From contig CAWCMX010000005.1 in assembly GCA_963796755.1 (NCBI GenBank), positions 840,805-904,804 of the forward strand: a DNA stretch of 64,000 nt. Direction: 5' to 3'. Shown piece by piece: positions 1 to 9,496 of the stretch. This DNA is from an uncultured Acidimicrobiia bacterium. GTDB taxonomy: Bacteria; Actinomycetota; Acidimicrobiia; IMCC26256; JAENVU01. The translations under genes were made by a program, and so were the position numbers. Numbering within the stretch: position 1 is the stretch's first letter; the number at the start of each line of letters is the position of its first letter. The notes beneath the pieces are model-generated. The model saw nothing but the letters and a program-made list of their open reading frames with translations. It did no database searches and was not told the DNA's origin.

Positions 1-639
1 AGATGCTGGAGGAACCGCCGGTGCCACCGGTAGGCGGACGCGAGGTCGGCCTCGTCGAGGAGCCAACGGTTGTACGACGGCACGCGGTACTGCGTCGGGA
101 ACATCATGCTGCGGAAGTCGCCCGCGGTGATGCGCACGCACTCCTGGGCCAGCTGCGCGCCCATCGGGTGGAAGTCGGTGAAGCCGGGGAGGATCGCGTC
201 GACCATGTCCAGGTTCGCCTGGACCTCACCGATGCGCGGATCCGTGGCGAAAGTCGCCGTCTCCGGGGCGGGCACCGGGCGGTCGACCTCCCAGGTGAGT
301 GGCGCGCGCAGCTGCGGGTCCTGCGCGAGCAGGTCGTGGAGGATCGTCGTCCCGGTGCGGGGCTGGCCGACGATGACCAGCGGCTGCTCGATCGTGCCCG
401 CGGCGACCTCCGGGTGGTCACGGCGCCAGCGCGTTGACGGCGAGCCGGCTGCCGAGGTAGCCGCTGACGTCGCTCGTCGCGATCTCGACGCCGAGGTCGT
501 TCAGCCGGGCCTCGTTCACGAGCGAGTCGAGGAAGACGTCGAGCCCTTCCTGCCAGCTGCCCTCGCCGAAGTCGTCCTCACCGGTCGTCTCGATGGCCTG
601 GGCGATCAGCTGGTCGCGGTCGAAGCGGTCGGTGGGCAT
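1..639 (-). pseudogene. sulfotransferase family protein (3' end leaves the window; one apparent frameshift near 425)
   Basis: N-terminus MPTDRFDRDQLIAQAIETTGEDDF... is the tail of ORF 418..1098(-). After the stop at 418 the minus strand continues in another frame (hand translation): RWRRDHPEVAAGTIEQPLVIVGQPRTGTTILHDLLAQDPQLRAPLTWEV...YRVPSYNRWLLDEADL. The GQPRTGTT loop is PAPS-binding-like. ATG overlaps the upstream stop (ATGA). Confidence 0.75.
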
Positions 640-1747
640 CAGTGCTCCAGTTCGTCGATGCGGGCGACTCGGGTGGTGACCGGGGGAGGGTCGGGGTTGT
701 CGAGCCAGCGCAGCACGAGGAAGCCCCGGTGCCGGCCGCCCGTGTCCAACCAGTTCGCGACGCCGGGATCGTCGGCCGCCGCGACGATGCGCACGCGGCC
801 GTCGGCACCCGGCACCGCGCCCGCGTTCGTGATCGAGCTGCGACGGCGGCGGGGATCGATGCACTCGTGCCAGATGTTCTCGAGCGTGACGCTCCAGTAC
901 CGCGTGCCGGGAGGCTCCAGGTCGATGACCAACGCCTCGCCCGGCGCGAGCCGGAAGGTCCCGATCATGTAGAGGTTGTCGGGCGTGGAGTCCGCGGCTC
1001 CGAGCTCGGCCGCCTCGGCGGTGACGAGCTGGTTCGGCTGGTCGAGAAGCTCGGGCTTGATCGTGCGGTGCAGCGTGGTGAGCTTGGCGATGGTCCACGC
1101 CATGCCGGTCATCTGCTCGCCGATCAACGCATCGGTCGGGAGCGATGGCGGCCCCGGGGGATCGAGGGGCTCGATGTCGAGCGACGCGAGCAGCTCGAGG
1201 TTGCGGTCCGCGATGTACTCGCGCACCACGATGGCCGAGGCGTCGTCAGGGATCGCGACCCAGGGGTCGCCCGCGAGCTCGTCGTCGCTCGGTCGTTGCT
1301 GCGACAGCACGAACGCGAACGAACCATCCGCCGCGACCTGCAGGTCGCGGTCCGACACGTAGGCCGCCATGTGGCGCGGCGTGAGACCGACGCCGGCCAG
1401 CACCTGGAAGCCGAGGTAGGCGGAGGTCCCGCGGAGACCCGCGCACCCGGTAGCGGTGCTTTCCGTCGATCATCGCCAGGAAGTACTCGCCGTCCGGGTT
1501 CGGCCCGCCGATGAGCCGCACTTCGTCGTTCATGCTGAAGAACCACGGCGCTGTCCGCGTCGACGTCGAGCGACAGCTCGGAGCAGAGGGCAGTGGCCCG
1601 GCCGAGCACCCGCAGGCCTTCGATCAGCTCCAGCTCGGTCTCGGCGTCGGCCTCGATCGAGGCGGTCAGGTCGTCGAGCATCCGGCGCACGAGCTGCCAG
1701 CCTTCGCGCGCACGGGATCCTGGTTGGGCGTCCGTCATGGAGTCCAT
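639..1747 (-). pseudogene. DUF1214-type conserved protein, two apparent frameshifts (~1550, ~1435)
   Basis: Three minus-strand ORF pieces join into one protein. They are MDSMTDAQ...LSLDVDADSA (1124..1747), PWFFSMNDEVRLIGGPNPDGEYFLAMIDGKHRYRVRG (1246..1533) and GTSAYLGFQVLAGVGLTPRHMAAYV...GTRYWSVTLENIWHECIDP...LRWLDNPD (639..1403). Confidence 0.7.
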
Positions 1748-1757
1748 CCTCGAAGGG

Positions 1758-3185
1758 TCAGACGCCGGTCGCGAGCAGCGCGTCGAACGATTCGTCGAGG
1801 CACTCGACGAATGCTTCGGGATCCGTGAGCGCCGCCGGATCCGAGTGGATCCCGAGACAGAGGTCGCCGCGGTACGAGAGCGCGGTGACGTTCACCGCGC
1901 AGCCGCTGCGCGGCCCCATCGGATAGCTCCCCGTGATGCGCGCGCCACCGAGGTAGAGGTCGATCGGGCTGCCGCGCAGGTTGGACGTCGCGAAGTCCAC
2001 CGACTTCGTCTGGTTCCGGAGCAGGCCGACGATCACCGACGTCGGCAAGCCCGGCGGCCAGCCCCGCGAAGCTGTCGGCGGCGGCGAGCGCGGGCTCGTG
2101 GCGCACGTTGGTGATCTTGTCCTTGACCCGCTGGAACCGCGGCGCCGGCTCCTTCGGTGTGATGGGCACGACCATGCGGGTGGGCACGAACTGGTTGCCC
2201 GCGTGGTCGTCGTGGTCGGCGCGGGTGCTGACGGCCATCGCCATGCGGAGCTCGTCGACGGGCAGACCGAGGCGCTCGTGGTAGAGGCCGAGCCCGCCGG
2301 CCACCCCCGTGACGAACACGTCGTTGATGCTCCCTCCGAGCGCGTGCGCGGCGGCGCGGGTGTCCTCGAGGCCGATCGTCAGGATGTCGTAGCGCCGGCC
2401 GAGCGACCGCGTGGCGAGGAGCGGCGACTTCGCCCGGCCCGCGACGAGGACCTGACGGCGCACCGACGCGGCCATGCCGATCGCGTCCTGCGCGCGCTGG
2501 GGGACGGCCATCGGGTGCAACGCGATGTCAGCGCCCGTTGCGACCCCCTGCGCCGCGCGATGCCGAGGTTCCGGTGCCAGGCGAAGCCGAGGGCATCGCG
2601 CAGCACCGTCATCGGCGAGTCCCGGTCGAGGGGGTCCTCGATCATGTTGTGGAGCTGGCGGGCCTGCTCCTCGTCGGCGAGCGCGCGCACCGTGTCGTGC
2701 ACGTCCGGAACCGGGTCGCGCTCGAAGTCGACGAGGCTCAGCGACAGCTTCAGTCCGCCGACGCCGTCGGTGACGGTGTGGTGCACGCGCTGGAGCAACG
2801 CGGCGCGTCCGTCCTCGAGCCCCTCGATGAGGGTGAACTCCCAGAGCGGACGGGACCGGTCGAGCGGAGTGGAGGAGAGCGTCGCAGCGACGTCGAGCAG
2901 GGTGCGCAGCGAGCCCGCGTCCGGCAGCGCGACGCGGCGGAGGTGGTAGTCGAGGTCCAGGGTGGGATCGGCCCGCCACTCGGGCGGCGCGATGCGCAGC
3001 GGCGCACTGACCACGCGCTCGGTCAGCCGGGGCAGCGACACGAGCGCCTGCTCGACCTTGGCCCGGAGCCGGTCGGTGTCCGGCACCTGATCGAGCAGCG
3101 TCAGGTTGAGGAAGTCCGAGCGCAGCGACGGGTCCTTCTCCGCGGCCCACATGATCGCCTCGCTCGGCGACATCCGATCGGTCAC
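1758..3185 (-). pseudogene. wax ester synthase/diacylglycerol acyltransferase (WS/DGAT) family, two apparent frameshifts (~2550, ~2050)
   Basis: The N-terminal piece 2379..3185 carries the acyltransferase motif HHTVTDGVGG. The middle lies in frame of 1735..3150 (…SINDVFVTGVAGGLGLYHERLGLPVDELRMAMAVSTR…NQFVPTRMVVP). The C-terminal piece 1758..2048 reads …ATSNLRGSPIDLYLGGARITGSYPMGP…. Confidence 0.8.
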
Positions 3186-3212
3186 GGGCTCGTCACCGGG
3201 TTGCTCACGTGG

Positions 3213-3872
3213 TCATGCCTCCGCGCCTCGGCCTGCGGGACCCTGCCGTGAGGATCGTACCGACCGGAGCGGAGGCGGGACGCGGCAGCGGGCGATCTTG
3301 GTGCGCTTGAACTCGTTGAGGCGGGTCCACTCGAGGAGATCGAGCGCCCGGAGGAGGTCATCGGCGCGGCCCCGCTCCATGAACCGGATGAAGACGGCTT
3401 CTTCGCCCTCGATGTACGTCGGCACCCCGAACACGGCCCAACGCTCGACCGCCTCGGTGTGCTCGGCCGCGAGGGTCTTCAGCGGGCGACCGCTCCAGAC
3501 CTCGTCCTTCACCGCGTCGACGTCGAGCCCGACCCGCTCGATGGCCGCCTGGACCACCGCTTCCTTGCCGAGCTGCAGGCCGTGGTCGTGGCGCTGGGCG
3601 AACAGCTCGACGTGGGCCTCGAGGAACTTGTCGGGGAAGTTGTCCCGCACCGCGATGCCGTACAGCAGCGCGGTCGTGCCCGTGCCCCACTCGCTCGGAT
3701 CGCGCTCCCACACCGGGGTGTCGCCCTCCTCGACGTGGATCTGGTCAAGGGAGAAGGCCTGGAAGTGGACGTCGAGATCGGCGCCGTCGCGAAGGGCGTT
3801 GACCAGCGCCTCATGGCCATTGCGGGCGAACGGGCAGCGGTAGTCGAACGTGGCGGCGATCTGACGGGGCAC
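3213..3872 (-). CDS. DsbA-family thioredoxin-fold oxidoreductase
   Basis: ORF 3213..3980(-). The likely start is GTG at 3872, preceded by GGAGGA. It has a thioredoxin-like CPFA site (FDYRCPFARN) and the end …AVFGVPTYIEGEEAVFIRFMERG typical of DsbA/HCCA-isomerase-like proteins. The Arg/Pro-rich last ~30 aa may be an artefactual tail. Confidence 0.75.
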   Translation of the reverse strand: MPRQIAATFDYRCPFARNGHEALVNALRDGADLDVHFQAFSLDQIHVEEGDTPVWERDPSEWGTGTTALLYGIAVRDNFPDKFLEAHVELFAQRHDHGLQLGKEAVVQAAIERVGLDVDAVKDEVWSGRPLKTLAAEHTEAVERWAVFGVPTYIEGEEAVFIRFMERGRADDLLRALDLLEWTRLNEFKRTKIARCRVPPPLRSVRSSRQGPAGRGAEA

Positions 3873-4005
3873 GGCAATCCTCCGGGAGCGACCTGTGGCC
3901 TCCCCCGGCTGCACCAACCACGTGGCGCCCGGCCGGGGAGACCTTCGTAGTCGGAGGATAACTCCGGTTCCGCGGGTCACATTCCGGCGCGAGCCGGATT
4001 CTCAG

Positions 4006-4564
4006 CTAGGAGGTCGGGAAGAAGCGGCGGACCGCGCGCCCGAGCGCGAGCCCGACGAGCGCCCCGACGACCACGTCCGAGGAGTGGTGCATCTTCACGT
4101 ACACGCGGCTCCCGGCGACGACGGTCGCGAGCGCGTACCAGAGCGGGTCACCGCCACCGGTCCGGGCGAGGATCGTGGCCGCGGTGAACGCGGCGGTCGC
4201 GTGGCCCGACGGGAACGAGCGAGGTGATGGGCCGGCGCATGCCGTAGGGGAGCGGGCCCTCGGCGATCGGTCGTGCTCGGGCCGCACCCGCCGGAACGCG
4301 GACTTGATGGCGCCGTTGGTGAGCGCCGACTCGAGCCCCATCGTCACGGCGAACTTCAGTGCGAACGGCAGGTCTCCCCGCTTGAGCGAGCGCACGCCGG
4401 CGACCCCGAACCAGAGCAGGCTGTGGTCCGCGGCGCTCGACAGGGTGTACATCGCGGTCGAGCACCGGGTTGCGGATGTGCTCGAGCCAGCCGTCGACCG
4501 CGCGATCGAACGCCCGGACCGCGGGGTACTCCTCGGGGCTGGGAAGCCGGAAGGCCGGGGCCAT
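4006..4564 (-). pseudogene. PAP2-family phosphatase, about three apparent frameshifts (~4450, ~4275, ~4215)
   Basis: PAP2 motifs are KSAFRRVRP, FPSGHATAAF and SRVYVKMHHSSD (frame of 4006..4908). The N-terminus MAPAFRLPSPEEYPAVRAFDRAVDGWLEHIRNPVLDR and an internal stretch PIAEGPLPYGMRRPITS lie in the frame of 4148..4564. Confidence 0.7.
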
Positions 4565-4580
4565 CGGAGGAGGGTCGCGC

Positions 4581-5446
4581 TTACGCGGGGGTGGATGCCA
4601 AAGGCAGCGGTGGTGCGATCACGGTGCCCGGCCCCAGGAGCTCCGCGGCCAGCGTGGGATCGCCGCCGAACGCGGGGCAGTAGGCCTGATAGCTGCAGTA
4701 GCTGCACAGCGGACCGGTCCGGGGGCGGAAGTCGTCGCGCGACGCACGAGGACTGGATCGCGCTCCAGAGGGCCTGGGTCTTGCGGGCCACACCGGTGAC
4801 GGACTGCTCGGACGGCACCGCGATGATGGCTTCGGGCTTCGAGAGGTAGAGGAGCTGCACCCGCACCGGCCGCTTGCCGAGCATCTGCTCGACCATCAGC
4901 GCGTACATGTGGACGCCCGGAGAGTCGCTGGAGCTCGTGGCGCTCTCCCGGCACCGCGCCGGTCTTGTAGTCGGTGATGACGAGCTCGTCGTCCTCCACC
5001 AGCTCGAGCCGGTCGATGATCCCGCGTAGCTCCACCGACCCCACCGTTGCCGCGAGCCGCAGCTCGAGGCCGATCGGGCGCACGGTGGTCGGGTCCTCGA
5101 GCTCGAAGTACCGGTGCACGAGCGTCTCGGCCTCGGCGTGGAACCCGTCCCACTCGGCCTCGGTCAGCTCGAGCTCGGTGAAGTCGGGGTCGGCGGCCAG
5201 ATCGGTGCGGGCCCGCGCCAGATCGTCGAGCGCGGCACCGATCGTCCGGTCCGGCTGGTCGCGCAGCATGAGCAGCTCCAGCGCGCGGTGCACGAGCGTG
5301 CCCTTGCTGGCCGCGGCGGACGGCGGCTGGGGCAGGCGGTCCAGATACGAGAACTTGAACGCGAGGGGGCAGCTCTTGAACGCGCTGAACGAGCTCGGCG
5401 ACAACCCCCTCGGCAGTCCTACTCCCATGTCCCCGAGGGTACTCAC
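4581..5446 (-). pseudogene. PD-(D/E)XK (RecB/Cas4-like) exonuclease family protein, two apparent frameshifts (~4915, ~4745)
   Basis: 4619..5446(-) reads LSPSSFSAFKSCPLAFKFSYLD…GIIDRLELVEDDELVITDYKTG (nuclease core). It continues as …MYALMVEQMLGKRPVRVQLLYLSKPEAI (4006..4908 frame). It ends RDDFRPRTGPLCSYCSYQAYCPAFGG (4581..4793), a Cys-cluster C-terminus. Confidence 0.75.
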
Positions 5447-5498
5447 GGGGTGGGACAGCTACGTGGACACGGGGGCGGCGGCCCCGAGCCCGGCGCCG

Positions 5499-6482
5499 TC
5501 AACGGACGACGGCCAGGTCCACGATGATCGGCCGGTGGTCCGATCCCACGCCGTGCCCCTCCCGGACGTGCAGCGGGACGATTGGGGGGTCGACGAAGAG
5601 GTGGTCGAGCAGCAGCGGGGGGACGAGGTGCTCACCGTTGGGCCAGGTGGTCGCGAACGGCCGGCCGACGGCCTGGTGCGCGTCGCGGAGGCCGAGGCCG
5701 AGCAGCTGATGGAGCCAACGGTTGTACGGGCTCGCGTTGAAGTCGCCGACGACGAGTCGGGGCCGGGCGAGATGGCGGGCGATGTCGGTGATCTGGCGTT
5801 GCGCACGCTGGTTGCGACCGAAGGTCTCGAGCGGTGCGATGAGGTGCACGCCCTCGAGATGGATCGCCTCGCCACCGAGGACGACCGTCGCCGTGATGAT
5901 CGGCCAGCCTCCCGCGTGGTGCACGACGACGTGCGTGAGCGGATGCCGCGACAGCATCACCATCCCGCCCGGGTCGGGTCGCACCGCCTTGGCGACGATC
6001 GGGTGCGACTGCAGCAGTCCGCTCGCGACGATCGCCTTCCACCACACCGGGGTGACCTCCTCCATCACGATGACGTCGGCGTGGGTGCGGTTGAGCTCGG
6101 CCAGCAGCGGCTTGTGGTCGAGGTTGTCGAACCGCACGTTGGCGCTCGCGATGCGCACGTGTGGCGCGTGCGCGGCCGCCGGTGTGACCGGCACCGTCGA
6201 GAACGTCGGCGGGATCACCCAGATCAGGTGCGCGATCACGATCAGCCCGGCCGCGAGGGCCAGCGGCCACGCGCGGAAGCAGAGCGCGGAGATCGCGATC
6301 GGGTAGGCGGGCAGGAGGATCCAGAGCGTGTACGAGTCCGCCAGGTAGAAGAGGTGGTCGTGGTCGAACGCGACGACGTGCGCGACGACGAAGGCCAGGA
6401 GGCCCAGCACCACGATCCACACCGGGATCAGCAGAGCGTGACCGACCCACCTCGCAGCGCGGCCGTCCGGTGCACGTTTCAC
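5499..6482 (-). CDS. endonuclease/exonuclease/phosphatase (EEP) family membrane protein
   Basis: C-terminal 328 aa of ORF 5499..7043(-). The start is taken at GTG 6482 (AAGGTGG 8 nt upstream). There are N-terminal TM helices (HALLIPVWIVVLGLLAFVVAHVV…), then EEP motifs VRIASANV, VIVMEEV, VVGDFN and GSDHRPIIVDL. Confidence 0.8.
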   Translation of the reverse strand: MKRAPDGRAARWVGHALLIPVWIVVLGLLAFVVAHVVAFDHDHLFYLADSYTLWILLPAYPIAISALCFRAWPLALAAGLIVIAHLIWVIPPTFSTVPVTPAAAHAPHVRIASANVRFDNLDHKPLLAELNRTHADVIVMEEVTPVWWKAIVASGLLQSHPIVAKAVRPDPGGMVMLSRHPLTHVVVHHAGGWPIITATVVLGGEAIHLEGVHLIAPLETFGRNQRAQRQITDIARHLARPRLVVGDFNASPYNRWLHQLLGLGLRDAHQAVGRPFATTWPNGEHLVPPLLLDHLFVDPPIVPLHVREGHGVGSDHRPIIVDLAVVR

Positions 6483-6657
6483 TCCGTTGCCACCTTTGCG
6501 CCGATTGATATTCAGGTACACCCCGGCGATTCGCGTGCGCCGAGCACGGGAAGGGTGGCATTGTGCCTCTCGATCCCCACTTGTGTACTTCCGGCAGGAC
6601 GCGCGTGGGCCGAAAGGAACGGAATCCCGAAGCATGGAAGGGAACGGAGTCCCGAAC

Positions 6658-7959
6658 ATGGTCACAGCTCGACGCCCACCAGTCGGACGCGCGCATCCGC
6701 TGCGGCGCACCGGCGTCCGCGTCACGATCCTGACCGCCGTCGTGGTCCTCGTGGCCGCGCTGGTGACACCGAGCGCATTCGCCACCGCACGCAGCCAGCT
6801 CCTCGCCACGGGCTCGACGTTGTCCGTGCGCTCGGGCGACGGGTGCTCGATCAAGCCGGCCCCACCGACGACGAACCGCCAGTACGTCCGGAACTTCACC
6901 TGCACCATCAAGAAGACGCCGGGGGTGCTGCCGGTGATGCCGGCGGCTCCACACATCGCGACGATGTTCAACGGCGACACCCTCGCGCTCCTCTCCGTCG
7001 ACGGGTGCAAGATCAAGCCCGCACCGCCGTCGAGCAAGTACATGCGGAACTACACCTGCACCGGTGGATCCACCCCGCCGCCCGCCACCGGACAGCCCCC
7101 GGCCGCGGTGACGGGTGGCGCAACCTGGCGCGAGGTCTTCGCCGACGAGTTCTCGGGGACGAAGGTCGACTCCACGAAGTGGAACGTCGGCGACAACTCG
7201 AACTTCGGCTCCAGCAACGACGAGGACGAGTGCTACAAGACGGCGAACGTGACCGAGGCGGGAGGCACGCTGCGCCTGACCGGCAAGCGTCAGACCGTGA
7301 CCAACTGCGGGTCGAACCCGAACGGCGGCAGCACCTACTACTTCACGTCGGGGCTCGTGACGACCCGCGCGCAGGACGGCGGGATGAAGATGCGGTTCAA
7401 GCAGGGCTACGCCGAGGTCCGCATCCGCGTGCCCCGCGGCAACATCTACTGGCCCGCGTTCTGGCTCGCGGACCCGGGCGACGGGTCGGCACCGGGCTGG
7501 CCGGCGTACGGCGAGATCGACGTGTCCGAGATCTACGGCTCGCGCCCCGACGTCAGCGAGAGCAACTTCCACAAGACCGGTGGCGACATCGGCGCGGGAG
7601 TGCACAACGTCAACAAGCTCGGGTCGGCAAGCATGGGGATCGACGTCAACCCGCCCAACGCGTTCGTGGCGGGAGGTACCCAGAACTGGCACACCTACGG
7701 CATCAACTGGACCGCCGGCCGCCTGGATTGGTACATCGACGGCGTCAAGGTCCGCACCTACAACGCGGTGAACGCCGCCGACCTCAACGGCCTGTCGTAC
7801 TACCACTCGATCATCCTGAACCTGGCGATGGGCGGCAGCGGACCTCAGGACGAGGGCTACAGCGGCCACGAGTCCGGTTCGACCTACAGCAACGGCAACC
7901 TCGTGGCGGACCTCCCCGGGACGATGGAGATCGACTACGCCCGGGTCTGGCAGAAGTAG
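6658..7959 (+). CDS. secreted glycoside hydrolase family 16 (beta-glucanase/laminarinase-like)
   Basis: ORF 6487..7959(+). There is a signal-like N-terminus from ATG 6658 (MVTARRPPVGRAHPLRRTGVRVTILTAVVVLVAALVTPSAFA); ATG 6634 is an alternative. The GH16 catalytic motif is GEIDVSE, with …WHTYGINWTAGRLDWYIDG… and MEIDYARVWQK. Confidence 0.85.
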   Translation: MVTARRPPVGRAHPLRRTGVRVTILTAVVVLVAALVTPSAFATARSQLLATGSTLSVRSGDGCSIKPAPPTTNRQYVRNFTCTIKKTPGVLPVMPAAPHIATMFNGDTLALLSVDGCKIKPAPPSSKYMRNYTCTGGSTPPPATGQPPAAVTGGATWREVFADEFSGTKVDSTKWNVGDNSNFGSSNDEDECYKTANVTEAGGTLRLTGKRQTVTNCGSNPNGGSTYYFTSGLVTTRAQDGGMKMRFKQGYAEVRIRVPRGNIYWPAFWLADPGDGSAPGWPAYGEIDVSEIYGSRPDVSESNFHKTGGDIGAGVHNVNKLGSASMGIDVNPPNAFVAGGTQNWHTYGINWTAGRLDWYIDGVKVRTYNAVNAADLNGLSYYHSIILNLAMGGSGPQDEGYSGHESGSTYSNGNLVADLPGTMEIDYARVWQK

Positions 7960-7986
7960 CCGGGTCGCCCGGGTAGCGTCCCGGCC

Positions 7987-9001
7987 ATGAAGGTCGACGG
8001 GGGACTGGACAGCCGGCTCGACAAGGTCGGGCCGAAGGCCAAGGAGCTCGAGGACGTCGGGTACGACGGCGCGTTCTCGGCGGAGACCGCGCACGACCCG
8101 TTCTTCCCGGTGCTGCATCGGCGCCGAGCACACCGAGCGGCTCGAGCTCGGTACGGGGATCGCGGTGGCGTTCGCGCGCAACCCGATGATCCTGGCCAAC
8201 ATCGGCTACGACCTGCAGGCGTACTCGCAGGGCCGGTGCATCCTGGGTCTCGGCAGCCAGATCAAGGCGCACATCGAGAAGCGGTTCTCGATGCCGTGGT
8301 CGCACCCCGCGCCGCGCATGCGTGAGTTCATCCTCGCGATGCGCGCGATCTGGGCCGCGTGGAACGACGGCGAACGGCTGAACTTCCAGGGCGACTTCTA
8401 CCGTCACACCTTGATGACGCCGTTCTTCAACCCGGGCCCGAACGAGTTCGGCAACCCGAAGGTCTTCCTCGCCGCGGTGGGCGAGAAGATGACCGAGGTG
8501 GCCGGCGAGGTCGCCGACGGCATCCTGCTGCACGGCTTCACGACGGAGCGGTACGTGCGCGAGGTGTCGCTTCCCGCGCTGGAGCGCGGATGGGCGGCGG
8601 CGGGCAAGGCGCGTGACCAGTTCGAGGTGACCGGACCGATGTTCGTGGTCACCGGCGCGACCGAGGAGGAGATGGCCGCCGCGCGCGTCGGGACGAAGCG
8701 CCAGATCGCGTTCTACGGCTCGACGCCCGCGTACCGCGGCGTCCTCGAGCTCCATGGGTGGGGAGACCTGCAGACCGAGCTCAACCGCCTCTCGAAGCAA
8801 GGCGAGTGGGAGGCGATGGGCGAGCTCGTCACCGATGACGTGCTCGACACGTTCGCGGTGGTCGGCGAGCCCGAGGACATCCCGAAGCTCATGCTCGCCC
8901 GCTACGGCGACGTGCTCGACCGCATCTCGTTCTACGCGCCGTACCAGACCGACCCGGAGCGGTGGAGTCGCATCCTGGCCGGGTTCCACGCCGAAGGCTG
9001 A
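7987..9001 (+). pseudogene. LLM-class F420-dependent oxidoreductase, one apparent frameshift (~8115)
   Basis: MKVDGGLDSRLDKVGPKAKELEDVGYDGAFSAETAHDPFFPVL (7987..8325) continues in ORF 8165..9001 (…GIAVAFARNPMILANIGYDLQAYSQGRCILGLGSQIKAHIEKRF…FYGSTPAYRGVLELHGW…). This is typical of the luciferase-like monooxygenase fold. Confidence 0.8.
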
Positions 9002-9013
9002 GCCGGCCGCGAA

Positions 9014-9031
9014 CCTCAAGGTCGCTTGAAG
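9014..9031 (+). promoter_or_regulatory. SoxR-type operator (CCTCAAG-N4-CTTGAAG)
   Basis: The sequence is CCTCAAGGTCGCTTGAAG. It matches the 18-bp SoxR palindrome CCTCAAG-N4-CTTGAGG with one mismatch. It lies 24 nt upstream of the soxR GTG. A TAGCGT (-10-like, TANNNT) sits at 9041..9046. Confidence 0.55.
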
Positions 9032-9054
9032 TCCAGCGGGTAGCGTCTCGGTTC

Positions 9055-9492
9055 GTGGAGCTGGAGCACGAGCTGACGATCGGCGCCTTGAGCGAGCGGA
9101 CGGGTGTCGCGACCTCCGCGCTGCGGTTCTACGAAGCGGAAGGGTTGCTCCACTCGACGCGGTCGGAGGGCAACCAACGGCGATACGCGCGAGATGCGCT
9201 CCGGCGCGTGTCGTTCATCCGGGTCGCCCAGCAGGTCGGCCTCAGCCTGGACGAGATCCGCGAATCATTGGCTTCGTTGCCGGAGAGCCGGACGCCGAAC
9301 CAACGGGACTGGGAGCGGCTCTCCAACTCGTGGCGCCCCCGGCTCGACGCCCAGATCGCGATGCTCGAACGGCTGCGCGACGAGCTCGACGGGTGCATCG
9401 GCTGTGGGTGTCTCACACTCAAGGTCTGCGCGCTGTACAACCCCGACGACCAGGCTGCCGCGCGGGGCGGGGCCGCGCTACCTGATGGGTGA
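9055..9492 (+). CDS. soxR: redox-sensitive MerR-family transcriptional activator SoxR
   Basis: ORF 8962..9492(+), start taken at GTG 9055. The MerR HTH reads LTIGALSERTGVATSALRFYEAEGLL and the [2Fe-2S] motif is CIGCGCLTLKVC. The last ~10 aa look shifted: the frame of 9104..9511 gives the usual …GAGPRYLMGD ending, so there is a possible indel near 9460. Confidence 0.85.
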   Translation: MELEHELTIGALSERTGVATSALRFYEAEGLLHSTRSEGNQRRYARDALRRVSFIRVAQQVGLSLDEIRESLASLPESRTPNQRDWERLSNSWRPRLDAQIAMLERLRDELDGCIGCGCLTLKVCALYNPDDQAAARGGAALPDG

Positions 9493-9496
9493 TCCG

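Noticed and set aside
4974-7976. 1000-aa ORF on the plus strand. The similar giant ORFs are 5632..8202(-), 10203..12041(+), 23207..25084(-), 9835..11484(-) and 27924..29066(-).
   Set aside because: The translations are dominated by Arg/Pro/Gly/Asp runs, typical of off-frame or antisense reading of high-GC DNA. Each overlaps an ORF with a clearly recognisable protein family on another frame or strand.
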